Assembly (NCBI GenBank): GCA_051294375.1
Contig: CM119268.1
Location: forward strand, 13,651,037-13,715,036
DNA from: Paraspadella gotoi
Taxonomy: Eukaryota; Animalia; Chaetognatha
Length of the DNA stretch: 64,000 bases
Reading direction: 5' to 3'
The notes below the pieces were generated by a model. It was not told the origin of the DNA and did no database searches. It worked only from the letters and a program-made list of their open reading frames with translations. The translations under genes were made by a program, and so were the position numbers. Positions 1 to 11,853 of this stretch are shown here, in pieces (positions within the stretch are counted from its first letter, which is position 1; every line of letters begins with the position of its first letter).

Positions 1-71
1 AGAAAGAAAAAGAAAAAAAGACTTTTGGAGAAACAAATATGCTAACGTCTTCAGTCTAAAATCTTTCTCAC

Positions 72-805
72 CATTCGTCAATGTGTTTCTATGCTCCTTG
101 GCGGCGTCCATCTCCGTCAACCTCTGCCGATAGAGGGCGTGAGCTTTCGCTGACTTCTTCTTCGCGGCGCCTTTGTCTCGCGTTGCCCGGTCGACGAGCC
201 TCTCCTGCTCCTTGGCCGAATCCTTGAGTGTGGTCAGACGACGATTGAGTTCGCCGGCAGCGGATTGGCACTGAAGGATGCGGAGGGGGAGACCCACTAA
301 CTGATTCTCTCTCTCTCTTTCTATCTCTCTCTCTCATTTTTGAAATTTTCAAAAAAACTCACTCCCCTTACCTGCTGACCCAACTCCTCGTGCATCTTGG
401 CGATCTTCTCGAGGAACTTCCCCACTTCCTCCACGCCCACACGAATTTTATCGTATTCCTCGGGGTTTTTGTTGGTCGCGAATTTCCGGGCGACGTCGCC
501 CATTTTCTTGGCGTGGTCGACCTCCATCTTTGGGAGAAGGGAAAATAATGTTGATTTGTATTAATATATTAATAGTTAATACGCTTTCAACAGTTTCAAC
601 AGTTTCTACTTTCTACCTTGCCGTATTCTTGAAGAAAGACCTCGACTTCCTTGGCCGCCCTTCTGCTCGAGGCCAGATGGTTGACCAGTTTGTTGTAGCC
701 TTCGAGAGCTTTGTCCGGTCCATCGCCGCCGTCTCCATCGCCGGCGCCGTCTCCATCGCCCCAAAATTGGGTCGTGAAGTAAAGGTTGTCCGTCTCCTCG
801 CCCAT
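72..805 (-). CDS. F-BAR (FCH) domain protein, PSTPIP/Cdc15/GAS7-like; 5' part only, continues beyond window start
   Basis: Coding exons 805-617, 527-372 and 270-72 have GT-AG boundaries and consistent phases (0,0,1). Translation MGEETDNLYFTTQFWG...GYNKLVNHLASSRRAAKEVEVFLQEYGKMEVDHAKKMGDVARKF...LEKIAKMHEELGQQCQSAAGELNRRL... fits the FCH pattern (F..FWG..G...L......ElE..yak.l) followed by coiled coil. Probable non-coding upstream exons have donors near 1618 and 1956. Confidence 0.8.
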
Positions 806-2049
806 TTTCGTATCCAAAACTGTGAAGACCAGGTAGTGGTCCTAGTCTATTTAAAGTTTTAAACAAGGACTGGTTTTACTATTTAGGTTTTCCAATATTA
901 TTTTAAACTTTTTGTTGGCCGAGTTAAACCAATAAATTCCACAAAACTTGTTGAAAATCTGAGGGTATCATTTTATTATCGAAAAATGCGGGGAGTGATT
1001 CATTGATTCTCTTTGATACTTGTTGTTTGGATACAACACTAATATTACGATATAACTGATAACCCCAGCGATGATAACTCGTGATGATGTCTAACAATTT
1101 GATTATCAGACAGAGTTTTAGTTCTTGCATCCAAACGAAATGACAAAAATGTACAGTTTACCATTTAGCCACATGTCGATCATGAGGCTAAAATTTCTAA
1201 TTGAAATCAATGGTGCGAACTCATACTGGCAGCAGAGGAAACGACTGCGCCTTGCAATGTCTTTCATTTAAAAACTACGATGGGAAAGTGGACATCTTTA
1301 GCACCTAAGATATCATTTTTATAATTCAAGTAAAGTTGTAAACTTCTTCCAAATAACATCAATGTACGGCGTTTATCGTTTGATTTACAAATTTAGGATG
1401 ATGGCTGTCGTTGAAGCTCGAATGAATTCTCTGGACGAGACAATACGAGAGCTCACTCGACTTCCTAGGAGTTGCAGTTGCCTCGTTTACTGGTCAACGA
1501 CATTGTCGTCGTGGTATTCTGATTTCACTTGTTCACTAAAGAAAATCCCTCATTCCATTTTGACGTGAGTGTCGGTCGGTTACTACGAGTCTCTAAAGCT
1601 TTCTCCTGAGGCGACTTACCACCGGTCTCTCTCTAAACTCCTAAGTGTGTGAACTATTTTAAATTCCCCCGACCCACATCTATGGTCGTTGTAGTTATAG
1701 CCGTATTTTGTTTTGGTCAGCGTGGGCGACAAAAGTGAGACTTAAGCCATTTGGAATTATAAGGGCATCTATAGGGGCCGGGGAAATAAATTTATCCCTC
1801 ATCTAAGGTCATTGTGAACTTTCTGATAGAACTCGGAATAATTTTTAACGTTGTGATTCAAACCAGGTGACCCTTAACTCTGTTCACCGCATTCATCCCA
1901 AACCTGATTAGTTTTAACAAAACCAATGAATATTAAAAATAAAAAGAAACCCTCACCAGCGCGATGCTCTTCTGTTCGGCGGATGAATACGAGATTCTCT
2001 TCGACTTCCAACGCGGGAGGAGACTCCACACAAAGTAGTTCTTCTCTAC

Positions 2050-2413
2050 AAGTCGTCGGCGTTTTATTTTAGCGGCGTCTCTTTCGATTCGGGCTTAAAC
2101 TATCGAAGGGCCTGACGGTCATCGAATCGAACGAGGTCAGCGTCTCGACATTCGTCTCTCTATCGTGGGCGGTAAAACCTTCCCTCGCGCCGTCCCAGTT
2201 GTACAACAAACACGTTGCCTTTCTTGGCTACGAAAATTCAGCGATGTTTACTCTCGTCGTCGTCGTCATCGTCCATTGAACGAGGGACGTCATTACGTTT
2301 TTGTTTACGTAATCACGTCCTAAATTTTAAAACATTAAACATTTATTTATATAAACGATCGTGTCCGTTGCCCGCAGACCGTAATCCGTTTTTTTTTTAC
2401 ATCGTCTTTGCAG
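2050..2413. promoter_or_regulatory. Probable bidirectional promoter between the F-BAR gene (-) and eIF4E (+)
   Basis: Short CpG-richer interval between divergently oriented genes. It has a CRE-like GACGTCA near 2287, a minus-strand donor (GTGAG) at 1956 and a plus-strand acceptor (TTGCAG) at 2413. Inferred from position only. Confidence 0.4.
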
Positions 2414-2442
2414 GAAAAAAATAAAATACGGAAACGGCGACG

Positions 2443-3296
2443 ATGGCGACGGACGGATTGCAGATGGAAGTGCAGCAGATGCCGTCGTTAGCATCCGTGT
2501 CCGAGGAAGGGAAAGATGACGAACATGAAAACCAAGAGGAGAAGAAGACGGAAGAAGAAGAAATCAACGCCGGTCAGCGATTGTATTGTTGTTGTCGTTG
2601 TGGTTGTCTTTTAGGTTTTAAGTATCAGCAAAAACTTAGAGATGAAAAACCATTTGTATCGTTGGCAACGAACGCCTTGTCTTAATTAAATTCTTAACCA
2701 AACCATATCGTATCATATCATATCATATCATATCATATGACAGTTTCCAAAGTTATATGAAACTATCTTTTAAGAAATTGATTTATTGTTTAATTCACGG
2801 TTTAACTGAGTTCCAAATCTATAAATAAATTTTTAATTGTTTCAATTAATAATTCGAAAATAAACGAGCATTGTCTATTATTTCGGTTGATTTATATTAC
2901 TCTATTGTTAACTGATTTGATTTTGATTGATTGATTTGATTGATTGATTGATTGATTCTTAATTCTCCCCTTGTAGTCGAGCCCGACCCTGAAGAGTTGA
3001 CCCTTTCCCCCGAACACATGATGATGAAACACCCGCTTCAAAACAAATGGGCAATGTGGTTCTTCAAAAACGACAAAAACAAAGACTGGGCAGCCAACCT
3101 TCGCTACATCACCTCCTTCGATACCGTCGAGGACTTTTGGGCGCTCTACAATCACATCCTCCCCGCCAGCAAGTTGGGTGAGATGAGACGGAAGGAGAAA
3201 GACGAAGACGAAAAGAAGCTTCGACTTCAGCATCTGAAATACTGGTTCCATCAGGATTGTACCCACGTAGGGCGGAATCCTACGTGGGCCGGCTGT

Positions 3297-3336
<40 letters not shown>

Positions 3337-5151
3337 AGAGAGAGAGAGAAAGAGAGAGCCAGCGTCGTTGCCTTTTTCACGATCAAAGGACCGTTTCTCG
3401 TTTGTACTTGTTGTTGTTGTTGTTGTTGTTTTTGTTGTTGTTGTTTTCGTTTTCGTTTTCCGTCTAAACGTATAGTATTATTGAATTTTTGTCTCCTGTT
3501 TTACATGAATTTTTCTCTCGATAAAAACATCTCGAAAAAGATGTCCATAGTTCGGTATTTGCAACACGCAATTTCTGTCTCTATCAACCCCCTAAACGAC
3601 CTTAAGGCGCGGGGTGCGACTACTCCGTCTTCAAGGACGGCGTTGAGCCGATGTGGGAAGACGCGCGCAACAAGAAGGGGGGCCGGTGGCTGATTAACCT
3701 GAACAAACAACAGAGACACTCGGATCTCGATCACTTTTGGTTGGAGACGCTCTTGTGTTTGATAGGTGATTCGGCGGCGTTGGAAGGGTTTGGCCTTGGA
3801 GTTGTTGCGGATTTTAAATGTGAAGATTAGTGTAAATGTATGCGATTTTATTCGAATACAACAAGGTTGATTCAGTACAATCATCATCAACAAAAAAACA
3901 TAGACTAAGTCTGAGCAAACGAAAAACGTAATAAAATAGAGAGAAAAAAAAAGTTAATTAAATAAAATTAATTGAATCATTAATCAAATATTAGTCAAAA
4001 TAAATATTTTTTAAACTCTTATTAAGACATTTTTTTTACAAAATTCATCGATAATTGATATCAAAATAATTGATAATTGGTGAATCAAATTTTATTTATT
4101 GATTGATTAATAAACTAATTGATTGATTGATAGATTGAACTAGTAATTTATTTGGTAATATGAAATATTGAGAGATTGATCGAAAAATATATCATTTTGT
4201 TGAATGATTGACCGATAAGATTACGAATTAATACAAAATGAAATCACAGGTGAAGCGTTTGACGAACAGTCGGATGACATCTGCGGCGCTGTCGTCAACA
4301 TCAGAGCAAAAGGTGAGAAGATTCATGATCCTGGGGCGACTCTGTCTTCAAGGGAAGTAGGGAAGCGTTGGCGAGGGAAGTGGGGAAGCATTGGTGAGGG
4401 AAGTGGGGAAGCGTTGGCGAGGGAGTACAGAAGCGTTGGCGAGGAAGTGAGGAAGCGTTGGCGAGGGAAGTGGGGAAGCGTTTGCGAAGGAAGTGAGGAA
4501 GCGTTGGAGTATGGCGATAAGAATCTCTAACGGAACATATGGCATTGGCGATATCAAATCATTCATGAGATTCATTTCATTCGTGGTTGAACCTCCCTCC
4601 CTTGAAAAAAACAAACAATAAACAAAACAAAAACAAAGGAAATAGTGAGGCGCCCGAAACCTTTTTAAATTTGACTAAAACAAACAAGACCAGAAATAAG
4701 TAAATTCTCTAGAAATTAATTTTCTTCCCCTCCTTTTCCCTCCCCTCACTTTGCCCAACGCCCGCTCCCCTCCCAAATTAATTTTCTTCCCCTCCCTTTC
4801 CCTCCCCTCACTTTGCCCAACGCCCGCTCCCCCCTCCCGAATTCCAGGCGACAAGTTGGCCGTGTGGACGGTGGAAGCGAGAAACGCGGAAAATAATTTA
4901 AAAATCGGGAAAACGTTGAAAGTTCGATTAGGAATTCCCAAGACAATCTCGATCGGATTTCAGGTATATATATATATTATATATATTATATATATATTAT
5001 ATTATATTATATATTATATATATATATATTCATTACTCAATTTTGTATAAAAGTGAAGCGCGTTATTGAGGTCTTGCTTGTTCCCCATCAGGCTCATACG
5101 GACACTATATCCAAATCCGGTTCAACAACGAAAAATCGATATACTGTTTAG
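2443..5151 (+). CDS. EIF4E: Eukaryotic translation initiation factor 4E (class I cap-binding protein)
   Basis: Exons 2443-2572, 2977-3177, 3607-3765, 4250-4312, 4848-4963 and 5092-5151 (TAG), all GT-AG and in frame. Motifs: KHPLQNKWAMWFF, DWAANL, FDTVEDFWALYNHI, GCDYSVFKDGVEPMWED, GGRWL, DHFWLETLLCLIGEAFD, DICGAVVNIRAKGDKLAVWT, AHTDTISKSGSTTKNRYTV. All eight conserved Trp and the Ser209-equivalent (KSGST) are present. Confidence 0.97.
4350..4508 (+). repeat. G-rich ~23-bp minisatellite (GGGAAGTGGGGAAGCGTTGGCGA-like, about 7 copies) in eIF4E intron 4
   Basis: Directly visible tandem copies with small variants. Confidence 0.85.
4714..4840 (+). repeat. C-rich ~63-bp tandem duplication just upstream of eIF4E exon 5
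   Basis: AAATTAATTTTCTTCCCCTCC...CACTTTGCCCAACGCCCGCTCCCC occurs twice. Confidence 0.8.
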
Positions 5152-6580
5152 AAAAAAAATTGATTTTTTTACAGTAATTTTTTATTATTAGTACAATTAC
5201 CATCTTCATACGAAAGTTATTTTTCGCATCTTTTTAGAGGTGGTGATTACGATTTTGAAATAAAGATTAATTTCCCCCCCCCATTTTTTTCGGGATTTTA
5301 AAATTAAATTCCACGTTTATTTCGCGACATAATTGTGTTCGCATTCAATGCAAGAGTTATCGGAAGATATTAATAAAATATTCTTTGGAATACGCTTTCA
5401 AGCTTACAAGCTTTTACAACGATGACAAATTTTTATAACTCGAAAATAACGACTACTGATCCTCGGACCTAACGCCTAATCGATCGTTTTCACAACTTTT
5501 AAACGAAAAATCATGTAAAGCAAATTTTGTTCATAATCATCCCCCATTTAAAACAACAACAAAAAATCCGGTTCAACTGTGCATTTTATTTTTCAAGTTT
5601 AATGTTAATTTCTCCATCGAAATTCGTTCTTATCGAATTTGCGAATTGGCGTGTTTGTAAAGTCTGTGTGTCCGAGCGGCCATCGCCTAACCGCTCTTCA
5701 ATTGTTTTGAGATTAAAATGGGAATTTCGTTTAGGCGTTGTTGTTGTTATTGTCTCCGGCAGCGCATTTTCTTTTTCGATTGTGTGCGTTGGTTTGGCGG
5801 TTTTTATCGGCCTCACCTTTACTATCGGCCTCACCTTTACCCGACTCGTTGGTATGTTGAAAATCTAAATAAAATTGTACAGAGATCTACTTGTTGAGTC
5901 TTCTTATTCCATGTTTTCCGATGAACACTGCTAGTTAGGCTCACAGTTTATTTTTTTCTTTTTTTTTGTCAAAAAGAACCAGTGACGTTAATTAGGGGTC
6001 CTAATGTAAAAGATACTAGACATTATTGGCAACCGACAACAATGCTTGATATTTTAAAAAAAGAAAAAAGAATAATTCCCGATAAAACACAAATAAAGGT
6101 AGTGATTGATTGACAAATTTTATAATCGCTGCCATTGACTGGCATTGACTGGCTTTGACTCGAAAAAAAAAAACATTCTTGAAGGTCCATTTACAAAATG
6201 ACCTTTTATTCTATATTTTGATTTTAATGGTTACTTACTATTATTTACAAATAACTCGAAAATTTACCACTCCCGTAAAAAAAAGCATTTAAAAAAATTC
6301 AAAAAGGGGAGAGAGAGAGAGAGAGTGAGAGAGAACGTGACTAAGGAATGCGTTACTCGACGTCGCATACAACCCCAGCCCTCAGCCTCGAGAAATCTCG
6401 CCTAAATTATTCGAAAATGACGAACAGGAATTTGGGAACTTGAAAATTTTCGTTTCGGAAAGCAAAAACTTGACTCTCCTGCGCGGATCATTGCCTTGGA
6501 CTTAAATTTATCAGAAGACTTCTCAGTCGCTTGTCATACCGTCGATCAGTGTGTTTGTCTCTGTCGTAAGTCTCTTGGTT

Positions 6581-6626
6581 TCTATGAAATTGGTACAACC
6601 AATATAAAAATTATCCATTCATTTAA
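6581..6626 (-). mobile_element. Fragment of dispersed repeat family R1 (3' end)
   Basis: TCTATGAAATTGGTACAACCAATATAAAAATTATCCATTCATTTAA is the reverse complement of the 3' end of the 15754-15955 copy. Confidence 0.7.
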
Positions 6627-6939
6627 TTCTATATATCTATTTTTTCAAAAAAAGTACGTTAGCAGTGTGAGATTAAGATTATTATTTAAATTCTTAAAAG
6701 CCAAGACGGTCTGACCGAAAAAGAGAGCTCAAATAAACATAAGTAGATCAACAAATGAACAGGTGGACACTCTGACGATACGGCCGAAGGTAAGACGACC
6801 TGAATGACTTAAGTCGCTCAAACTTAAATGAAATATAAACAAGATTGACAGAAAAAAAAATCTTTTGAACATTGTACCCATTACACTTCATTTACTAAAA
6901 CCAACCGTTCCCTTCTCCGGAGGTAAGAAATAATTCATT

Positions 6940-6940
<1 letters not shown>

Positions 6941-6989
<49 letters not shown>

Positions 6990-7038
6990 AGCACAAACGA
7001 GAAACGGTCCTTTGGTCGTGAAAAAGGCACTGACGCTG

Positions 7039-7130
<92 letters not shown>
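6941..7130. repeat. (CT)n microsatellites upstream of the PLAC8 non-coding first exon
   Basis: Two long CT runs. Many similar (CT/GA)n, (TTTC)n (35870-36045) and (GAC/GTC)n tracts occur across the window. Confidence 0.9.
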
Positions 7131-7134
<4 letters not shown>

Positions 7135-8972
7135 CTTGCGCAACTTCCCTCTCTCTTATTCCCTCACTCTACCAAGCCAGGCGAGCCAGAGTTTTATTGG
7201 TTCTGCCGCTGGCCCCTTTTTTGCGGCGCTCAATTCACACCGCCGGGGCCTCCGCCGCCTCCTCCGCCGCTGCTGGTTTCATCCCCGAGCTTCACGCAGA
7301 GAGAGAGAGAGAGAGAAACGAAGTCACTTATCTCCAAATCGAACGGCGGTAACACATTAGACACTCAGGAAAACACGCAACCTTATTATTTTCTTTGGTC
7401 TACCGACTTTCTCGCGTTTCGCTTTTACGAGGTAAGATTTAAGAAAAAATAAAATAAGTCGTTAAATAATACTTATTACAAAGATTGAACGAAATCGTAT
7501 CGTTTCAACCGGGGATCAATATTTTCGGGGTCGATTCAACCCAACGCAAATTTCATTCGATCCAACTTCGTTCTTCACCGGCGATTCGAACCGAAAATTT
7601 TTTGGGGAGGGGCTCTCTTGAGTCTGCAGGCCTCAAGCTTCCTTTTTTTTTATTCGAGATTTGAAACGGGTACTAGCACTACTGGGTTGTTGTTGTAGTT
7701 GTCATTCCGGGTTCGTGGAAAGTCAGTTTCTTTGCGATGCTTCTGGGTGGGCCCCGATTTAAGTTGGGAGACGCGAACTTGCGCAATGCGGCAAATGTTG
7801 TAACCTCGTTTAAGCCTTTTTTCAAAAATGTCTTTTTTGTTCAGAAGTTTCGGACATATTCTTAAAATTTTCCTTCGCAAGGCTTTCGTCCTTTCTCGAT
7901 CTTATCTCGTGAACTTTGTTAACGAATCTTAATAGGCCTACCCATTTTGAGTTTCGGTTTAAATTCTTCTCTTCTGGGATTCTTGTTATGAAAAAAAAAG
8001 TGAGAATCTATTTTGTTTTACTAGAACCGTTCTTTATGGCACAATGTATTTTTAAACGAGTAAAATAAAAAGTTGGGTATTTGGTAACAATAATATCCTA
8101 GAAAGTTTGACTTCTGTATAATTTTTTAAAAAAATGCCTTTCCTCTATATAAAACTAAGTTATACATCTTCTCTCAGGTTGTCAGATTTGAGGAGAATGT
8201 AAATATATCAAATTACGATCGATATTCTGGTTTAGAACTCTTCGGTCAACATCCTCTCATTTTTTTCGATTCTTTCCTCGTTTTAAAGAATATCCTGTTA
8301 GATACTGTAAATCGTAATGCTTAGACGGTGTTATGATAATAATACAAATGTTTTATTACATTATTTTGCTGGTGTAATCTTGTGGAATAAGAGAAATTGA
8401 TTTGTTTTACTGAACAATTGAAGAAAAAAAAATTCGATCCTTCTCAAAAAAACTAGAACCTTAATCCCGAAGGAGTGTCTTTCCTATCTTACTGAAAAAT
8501 TATTTGAAGGTTGTTATCGCGTTTTTCTTGGAACAAGCAAGCGAATATTTTCTAGAACTTGCTAGCTAAAGCTTGGGTTGTGTGGGACTCGGCCACTTTG
8601 TTTTCTAACTTATTTTGAGTGTTGTGGAAACAGTAAGTAGAACAGGTTTTTTAATCCTTACCCGGGACCCCTCCCATGACATGCAATCTTTTGACTTCTA
8701 GATCGCTTTGCCCTCGTCTCTACGTCTTTTCTTTAAACGGTGTAATTTTTTTGTTATTATTTTAGACATGACGTAATTGATGTAGTGACCAGGCATTTTG
8801 GTTTAAAATATAATCCGGACCGTCTCTGACCATCTTTGAAAAATGTCGAAGGAAAAAAAATAATCGTGCGTTATTTTTCTGTAAAATTCCTTCCTTCTTA
8901 ATTTTTTTTTTCTCTCCCCGAATGAAACGCAGCTCGCAAAAAAAACGCCTAACCTCGACTCACCTAAAAAAA

Positions 8973-10003
8973 ATGGCGGATTGGCAAAACGGTCTCTTCG
9001 GATGCTTTAACGACTGCGGTCTTTGCATCATCACCTACATCATCCCGTGCTACACCTTTGGCAAAAATGCCGAGGCTTTGGGTGAGACAAAATTATTTTT
9101 GTTTTAATTTAAAATATTTCAATTCAGAATGACTGGGTGATTAGAAATGGAATGCCAGCCTTAATGAAGTAACCAAAGTAGTTTCAGTGACTCGATCAAC
9201 TAGATTCCATTATTTAGCAGTTGCAAAATGACAATTTGGTGAAAGGCAATCTCAAAATTAGGTTTCAATCGGATTTTGGTGATTAAAAATTTTGTTCATT
9301 TTTCTGATCATTTTAATTTTGTTTTTTTTATTATACTTTCATTATTATTATATATTATAATAATTATAATAATTTTATTATAATTTCACCGATCGTTTTT
9401 CCGTCGACACGATTCAAATCGCACAGAATTCGGATCACGAAATCAACTCCCAAATCAGGCGGTGCCACTTTCTTTCTTCCCTTTTATTTCTTTTCACTTT
9501 TGAACAAATGGTGATTTAATGAGTTTCTTCCATCAATTTTTTAACCGTTTTCACTCTTATTTTTTCCGACTCAAAAAAAAAAAAAAGGCGAAAGCTGCTT
9601 TCTCTGCGGCTTTTTATCCCTCTTCGGGCTTCCTATGCTGATAATAGGTAAGAATAAACCCATCGCCATATTTATTAATCATCCTCAATCTTGTTTTCAT
9701 CGTCTCGCGCAATCGCCATTCGTGACAAACCCATCGATTATCACCGATTATGTCATCGATTTTTATCAGTTATCTATCGTCTTCAATCATCGTTTATCTT
9801 CAATCGAGCTTTAACTCACTTTCCCCCTCCGCACGTTGTCAGGAATCATGCAGCGTCAAAAAGTCCGCGAGTTGAAGGGCATCGAGGGTTCGATGCTGGG
9901 CGACGCTCTGGCCACGTGGTGTTGCCCGTTCTGCAGCATCATCCAAGTGGCCCAGGAGCTGAAGGGCGGCGTGCCGGGGTCGCAATATATGGCCCGGGAG
10001 TGA
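8973..10003 (+). CDS. PLAC8: PLAC8/cornifelin-family cysteine-rich protein, isoform A (109 aa)
   Basis: Exons 8973-9081, 9588-9647 and 9843-10003 (TGA) give MADWQNGLFGCFNDCGLCIITYIIPCYTFGKNAEALGESCFLCG...RQKVRELKGIEGSMLGDALATWCCPFCSIIQVAQEL...MARE. PLAC8 hallmarks W..GLF.CF.D, R..vR....I.GS...D and CCP.C..Q...E are present. A probable upstream non-coding exon has its donor at 7432. Confidence 0.92.
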
Positions 10004-10704
10004 AGAAAAGGATGGAATTGGAGGGCCCAGACAAAAGACCATTCCTAAGATTTGTAGCGAAAATCTATTGTATATTAATTATTTAGTTTTCACTCGTTTG
10101 TATCACATCCGGGATGAATCACTTTTTTCATGTTCCTTTCTGTGGTGCAAAATTCGTCGTATAAAATGTAAGGGTTAATTCAAATGAAAATTATAGAATA
10201 TTCCTTTTCAATTTTTGATCGCAAAAAGGTTTTTTTTTTTTACATTTCGTCCCCAAAATAATTAGAAAATGGTCGGTTGATTTTTATATTCTCCCCATTT
10301 CTGCCTTTGCCTCATCGAAATAAAAAATTTTCGACAAAGTTTGGTTTTTTTTATCGACAGAATAGAATTTTGTAGAAATCTGAGTTATAATTATAATAAC
10401 TAGGTTATTTTTTTCTCCAATTAGTTTCCCAGTTCAAATATATATTTTTTGAAATTTGTTAATTTTTTTTTTTATAGTTTGCGATTGCCTTTCATCTTAT
10501 TCATGGAACAATTGTAGTTTTCGCATTCTGTTAAAAAGCTCGTTTGAGTCTAATTATAAAATATTAGTCATTATGTTATGCTTGATAAATTTTTCATTCG
10601 ATTCGTCCGACGAATTAAACGTTCCTCTTTTTTCTCGCAGGTATCCCAAAAATTTAACTTTATTTTTTAAATTTTTTTGGTCAATTATCATTTTCTCATC
10701 TCAG

Positions 10705-11853
10705 GTGAGAGTTGCTGCCTCTGTGGATTGGCCTCGCTGTTCGGTCTTCCTCTCCTCATCTTTGGAACGCTGCACAGGCAGAAGCTTCGTGACCTCAAAG
10801 GAATAGATGGTAAGGGATGTTACGGTGGAAAAAGTTCTTATATTAGGGGGAGCCTAACTCAGTGTAACGGTGTTAAGAAATTTTGAATTAAGCACCTGCT
10901 TAAACTTAAATTTAGACATTTTTAAAGAATTTTGAATAGACAAAAAAATTTAATATTACTCCATTCTCCATATATTAATTTTTAAATATTTATTTATAAA
11001 TAGGAAAAGCTAAAAAAATTTTTAGGATTTTTTTATTTTTAAGATCAGATTCAGGTAGCTTGCAAAAATTTATCTACACAAAGTATAATTCTTTTTTCGA
11101 TAATTTGATCATAAGTGTGTAAAAAATATGAAAATCTATTTATAACCATCATCATTTTTCGATAATTTATTAATTTTTTCTTAATTTTGACCAAGAAACA
11201 AAAACTTTTGAAAGTTGTAGTTATATTTTTTATTTAACTTTTTATGCTCTATCAGAATCCATCAAAATGTTAAGATTGATTAAAAATTGTTTTTATCATT
11301 ATATAGTAATATTGTAATTTTAATAGCAACATAAAATCATTAAAATCGAGCTTTTTAAAAAAAAAATTTTTTTTTACCTAAAAGTAGACTTCAAGACTAA
11401 GTTTTGAACCCCCGCCCCCTATTGAATTTAATTTCATAGTAGATTTCTACTTATATAGACTGTAAAATTCCACACTGAAGGAGTCGATGAAAATGGAAAG
11501 ATTCGCCGAAGTTCATCGAATGATAACACGCACAGCTTAATAATTTTTAAAAGTTGGAAAACAAAACGGCAAGCAACCCTAAACCCTCCTTATCCCTAAC
11601 CACCCTTAACACCCTAACCCCCCCCCCCTAACCCCGATCGGCGAAAGTACAATTAACCCGCGACGATTATTGTAGGAATAAAATGTAAAAAAAATCTTAT
11701 GTTTTCAAACCCTGGACGACATTTTCTTTTTCTCAGGTTCCATCGTGGGAGAGCGCGTTGTCGTTCTTTTGTTGTCCACTTTGCGCGACGGTGCAGATGG
11801 CGCAAGAGATTCGGGCCGGCGTCCCTGGCGGCCAATCGATGGCCAGAGAATGA
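10705..11853 (+). CDS. PLAC8: Duplicated alternative 3' exons (2B, 3B) of the PLAC8-family gene, isoform B
   Basis: Exon 10705-10809 (phase 1-1) encodes GESCCLCGLASLFGLPLLIFGTLHRQKLRDLKGID. Exon 11737-11853 encodes GSIVGDALSFFCCPLCATVQMAQEIRAGVPGGQSMARE* after removing one extra base near 11753, which the inverted copy at 14535-14648 lacks. These splice in phase onto exon 1 (8973-9081). No second exon 1 was found between 10003 and 10705. Confidence 0.8.
10845..11098 (+). mobile_element. Dispersed AT-rich repeat family R2 (MITE-like), copy in the PLAC8 isoform-B intron
   Basis: TAGGGGGAGCCTAACTCA...TTAAGCACCT...GATCAGATTCAGGTAGCTTGCAAAAA...CTACACAAAGTATAATTC recurs with substitutions at ~12830-13075 (direct) and ~13320-13564 (inverted). 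Confidence 0.7.
11575..11635. repeat. Degenerate telomere-like (CCCTAA)n tract, intronic (mirror copy 14748-14807)
   Basis: AACCCTAAACCCTCCTTATCCCTAACCACCCTTAACACCCTAACCCC...CCTAACCCC. Confidence 0.6.

Noticed and set aside
4350-4508. CRISPR-like regular repeats
   Set aside because: Head-to-tail minisatellite without unique spacers, in a eukaryotic intron with no cas genes.
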